A DNA stretch of 64,000 nt from Schmidtea nova. Its lineage: Eukaryota. The DNA lies in NCBI GenBank assembly GCA_044892505.1, contig CM097882.1, forward strand, positions 591,976,001 through 592,040,000, in the 5' to 3' direction. The notes beneath the pieces are model-generated. The model saw only the letters and a program-made list of their open reading frames with translations. It ran no database searches and was not told where the DNA came from. A program made the position numbers and the translations under genes. Within the stretch, counting starts at the first letter, position 1. Each line of letters opens with the position of its first letter. Shown piece after piece: positions 62,591-64,000 of this stretch.

Positions 62591-64000
62591 TCCGAAAAAT
62601 AATATTACCTTTCTTTCCGATTTTACATTTTTTTGAATGTTATAAAAATAATTATTGGAGTTATTGGGGTTTAATTTATTATTTTTTTAGTAATTCGTGT
62701 AAATAAATAAATTTGCCAAAATCGAGCGTCACTGTAGTCATTATGAAAAATTACTTTATATTTCTTTCCAATTTTACATTTTTTTGATTGTTATAAAACT
62801 AATTATTGGAGTTATTGGGGTTAAATTTATGATAATAAAAAACTTTTTCGAGTAAAAGTGGCCATAATTCAAAAATTTTTACATCAAGATAATCAAAATT
62901 TAACGCTTACATTTTTTTGAATGTTATAAAAATAATTATTGGAGTTATTGGGGTTTAATTTATTATTTTTTAGTAATTCGTGTAAATTAATAAATTTGCC
63001 GACATCGAGCGTCACTGTAGTCATTATGAAAAATTACTTTATCTTTCTTTCCAATTTTTTATTTTTTTGATTGGTATAAAAATAATTATTGGAGTTATTG
63101 GGGTTAAATTTATGATTACGAAAAACCATTTTTGAGTAAAAGTGGCCATAATTCAATAATTTTGTTGGGTTTTTTGTTGAAAGTCGGTTCTAATTTCTGA
63201 CTCCTGGTGTTCTTTTAACAAATAATTAACCCAACACAATAACCTTTATTTCAATATCACAGTTTATCACAATGATTGAACAATATAAGAACTGTCTTTT
63301 TACACNNNNNNNNNNNNNNNNNNNNNNNNNNNNNNNNNNNNNNNNNNNNNNNNNNNNNNNNNNNNNNNNNNNNNNNNNNNNNNNNNNNNNNNNNNNNNNN
63401 NNNNNNNNNNNNNNNNNNNNNNNNNNNNNNNNNNNNNNNNNNNNNNNNNNNNNNTATCTCATGCTCATAATATTACTATAATACTAATAATAAGTGACGG
63501 TCGCCTTCTTCAGTCCCTGTCCAGGGATCCAAGCCCCGGTGACTAAAATTGGACACTTTCATTTTATTATTATGTCCATATTTAATTTCAATAAATTTGT
63601 AACTTTGATAACGTCGGTGTATAATAACAATGCTGATATACTTCAAATAATTCGATTCTGATACTATTAATAATAATAAACTCAGAATTTTTAAATCATT
63701 GATTATAATTCTGACAATTTTTATTTTGATAATAATTTTTTTTTTTGATTTTTTTTTTATATTGCATTAAATTTTGCATAATTTTTATTAATAATAATTT
63801 GGGGGTTGCCCTTAAACAAATAAGAGACAAAATTCGCTGAAGTTTTATTTATAAATTTATAAATACAAATATAAAATTTTAATTGAATTTTAATTCAAAA
63901 CTTTCTTCACCGTGGCAATATTGGACAATTGTTCCTTTTCGCACATACGTCTTCCCTGCATATGTTATCGAATTTTCTATTTGCAAATTTGAACCCACTT

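Larger units (their letters stand above)
56341..63170. mobile_element. Polinton/Maverick-like (adintovirus-like) endogenous viral module, partial and decayed
   Basis: Maverick-type integrase, basic protein and packaging-type ATPase co-oriented on minus, followed by compact accessory genes and repeat arrays. No pPolB, capsid or protease gene seen in the window. Right boundary uncertain. Confidence 0.75.
61683..63170. repeat. Complex direct-repeat system, including a 169-bp repeat (61683-61851, 62739-62907)
   Basis: Core AATTATTGGAGTTATTGGGG at 61745, 62650, 62801, 62934, 63084; ATCGAGCGTCACTGTAGTCATT three times (~62570, ~62721, ~63004). Confidence 0.9.

Noticed and set aside
62555-63170. CRISPR array
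   Set aside because: Eukaryotic context, long mosaic units, no unique spacers of regular length, and no cas genes.
63490-63545. Possible hammerhead ribozyme or tRNA-derived SINE (CTGAAGA core next to a TCCCT/AGGGA hairpin on minus)
   Set aside because: No GAAA or stem III follows the putative stem II, and there is no cloverleaf; at most a truncated relic.
1-64000. rRNA, tRNA or snRNA/SL RNA genes (including a NeSL target site near 51420)
   Set aside because: No recognisable conserved RNA gene sequence was seen by eye; a covariance-model scan would be needed to exclude them.

Overview
Strongly AT-rich eukaryotic DNA from an invertebrate with very short introns (about 42-55 nt) and four assembly gaps (21277-21453, 30393-30528, 31913-32054, 63306-63454); the species cannot be determined from sequence alone. 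Most of the window is decayed and nested mobile DNA: hAT, Tc1/mariner, pogo-type MITE, piggyBac, MULE, Merlin, Chapaev3-like, Ty3/gypsy, BEL/Pao, and an R2/NeSL-type non-LTR element with a Ulp1 protease. There is one apparently intact six-exon thyroid-hormone-receptor-like gene (24194-26503, minus), an ADAM-like ORF, an Hsp70 fragment and a near-perfect 6.9-kb tandem duplication with a templated junction insert. The most unusual region is 56.3-63.2 kb, a partly decayed Polinton/Maverick-like endogenous virus module (intron-containing DDE integrase, basic protein, packaging-type ATPase). It carries a divergent TBP-like gene plus a CxxxCxxC gene, and this pair recurs in mirror orientation around an array of E2F-consensus sites and a C7G7 palindrome. 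The region also holds inverted promoter-like modules and iteron-like repeats. An unclassified ~1.7-kb element family occurs at 11.6-13.3 kb and, duplicated, at 38.6-40.3 and 45.5-47.2 kb. All family assignments are motif recognition by eye, without database searches.
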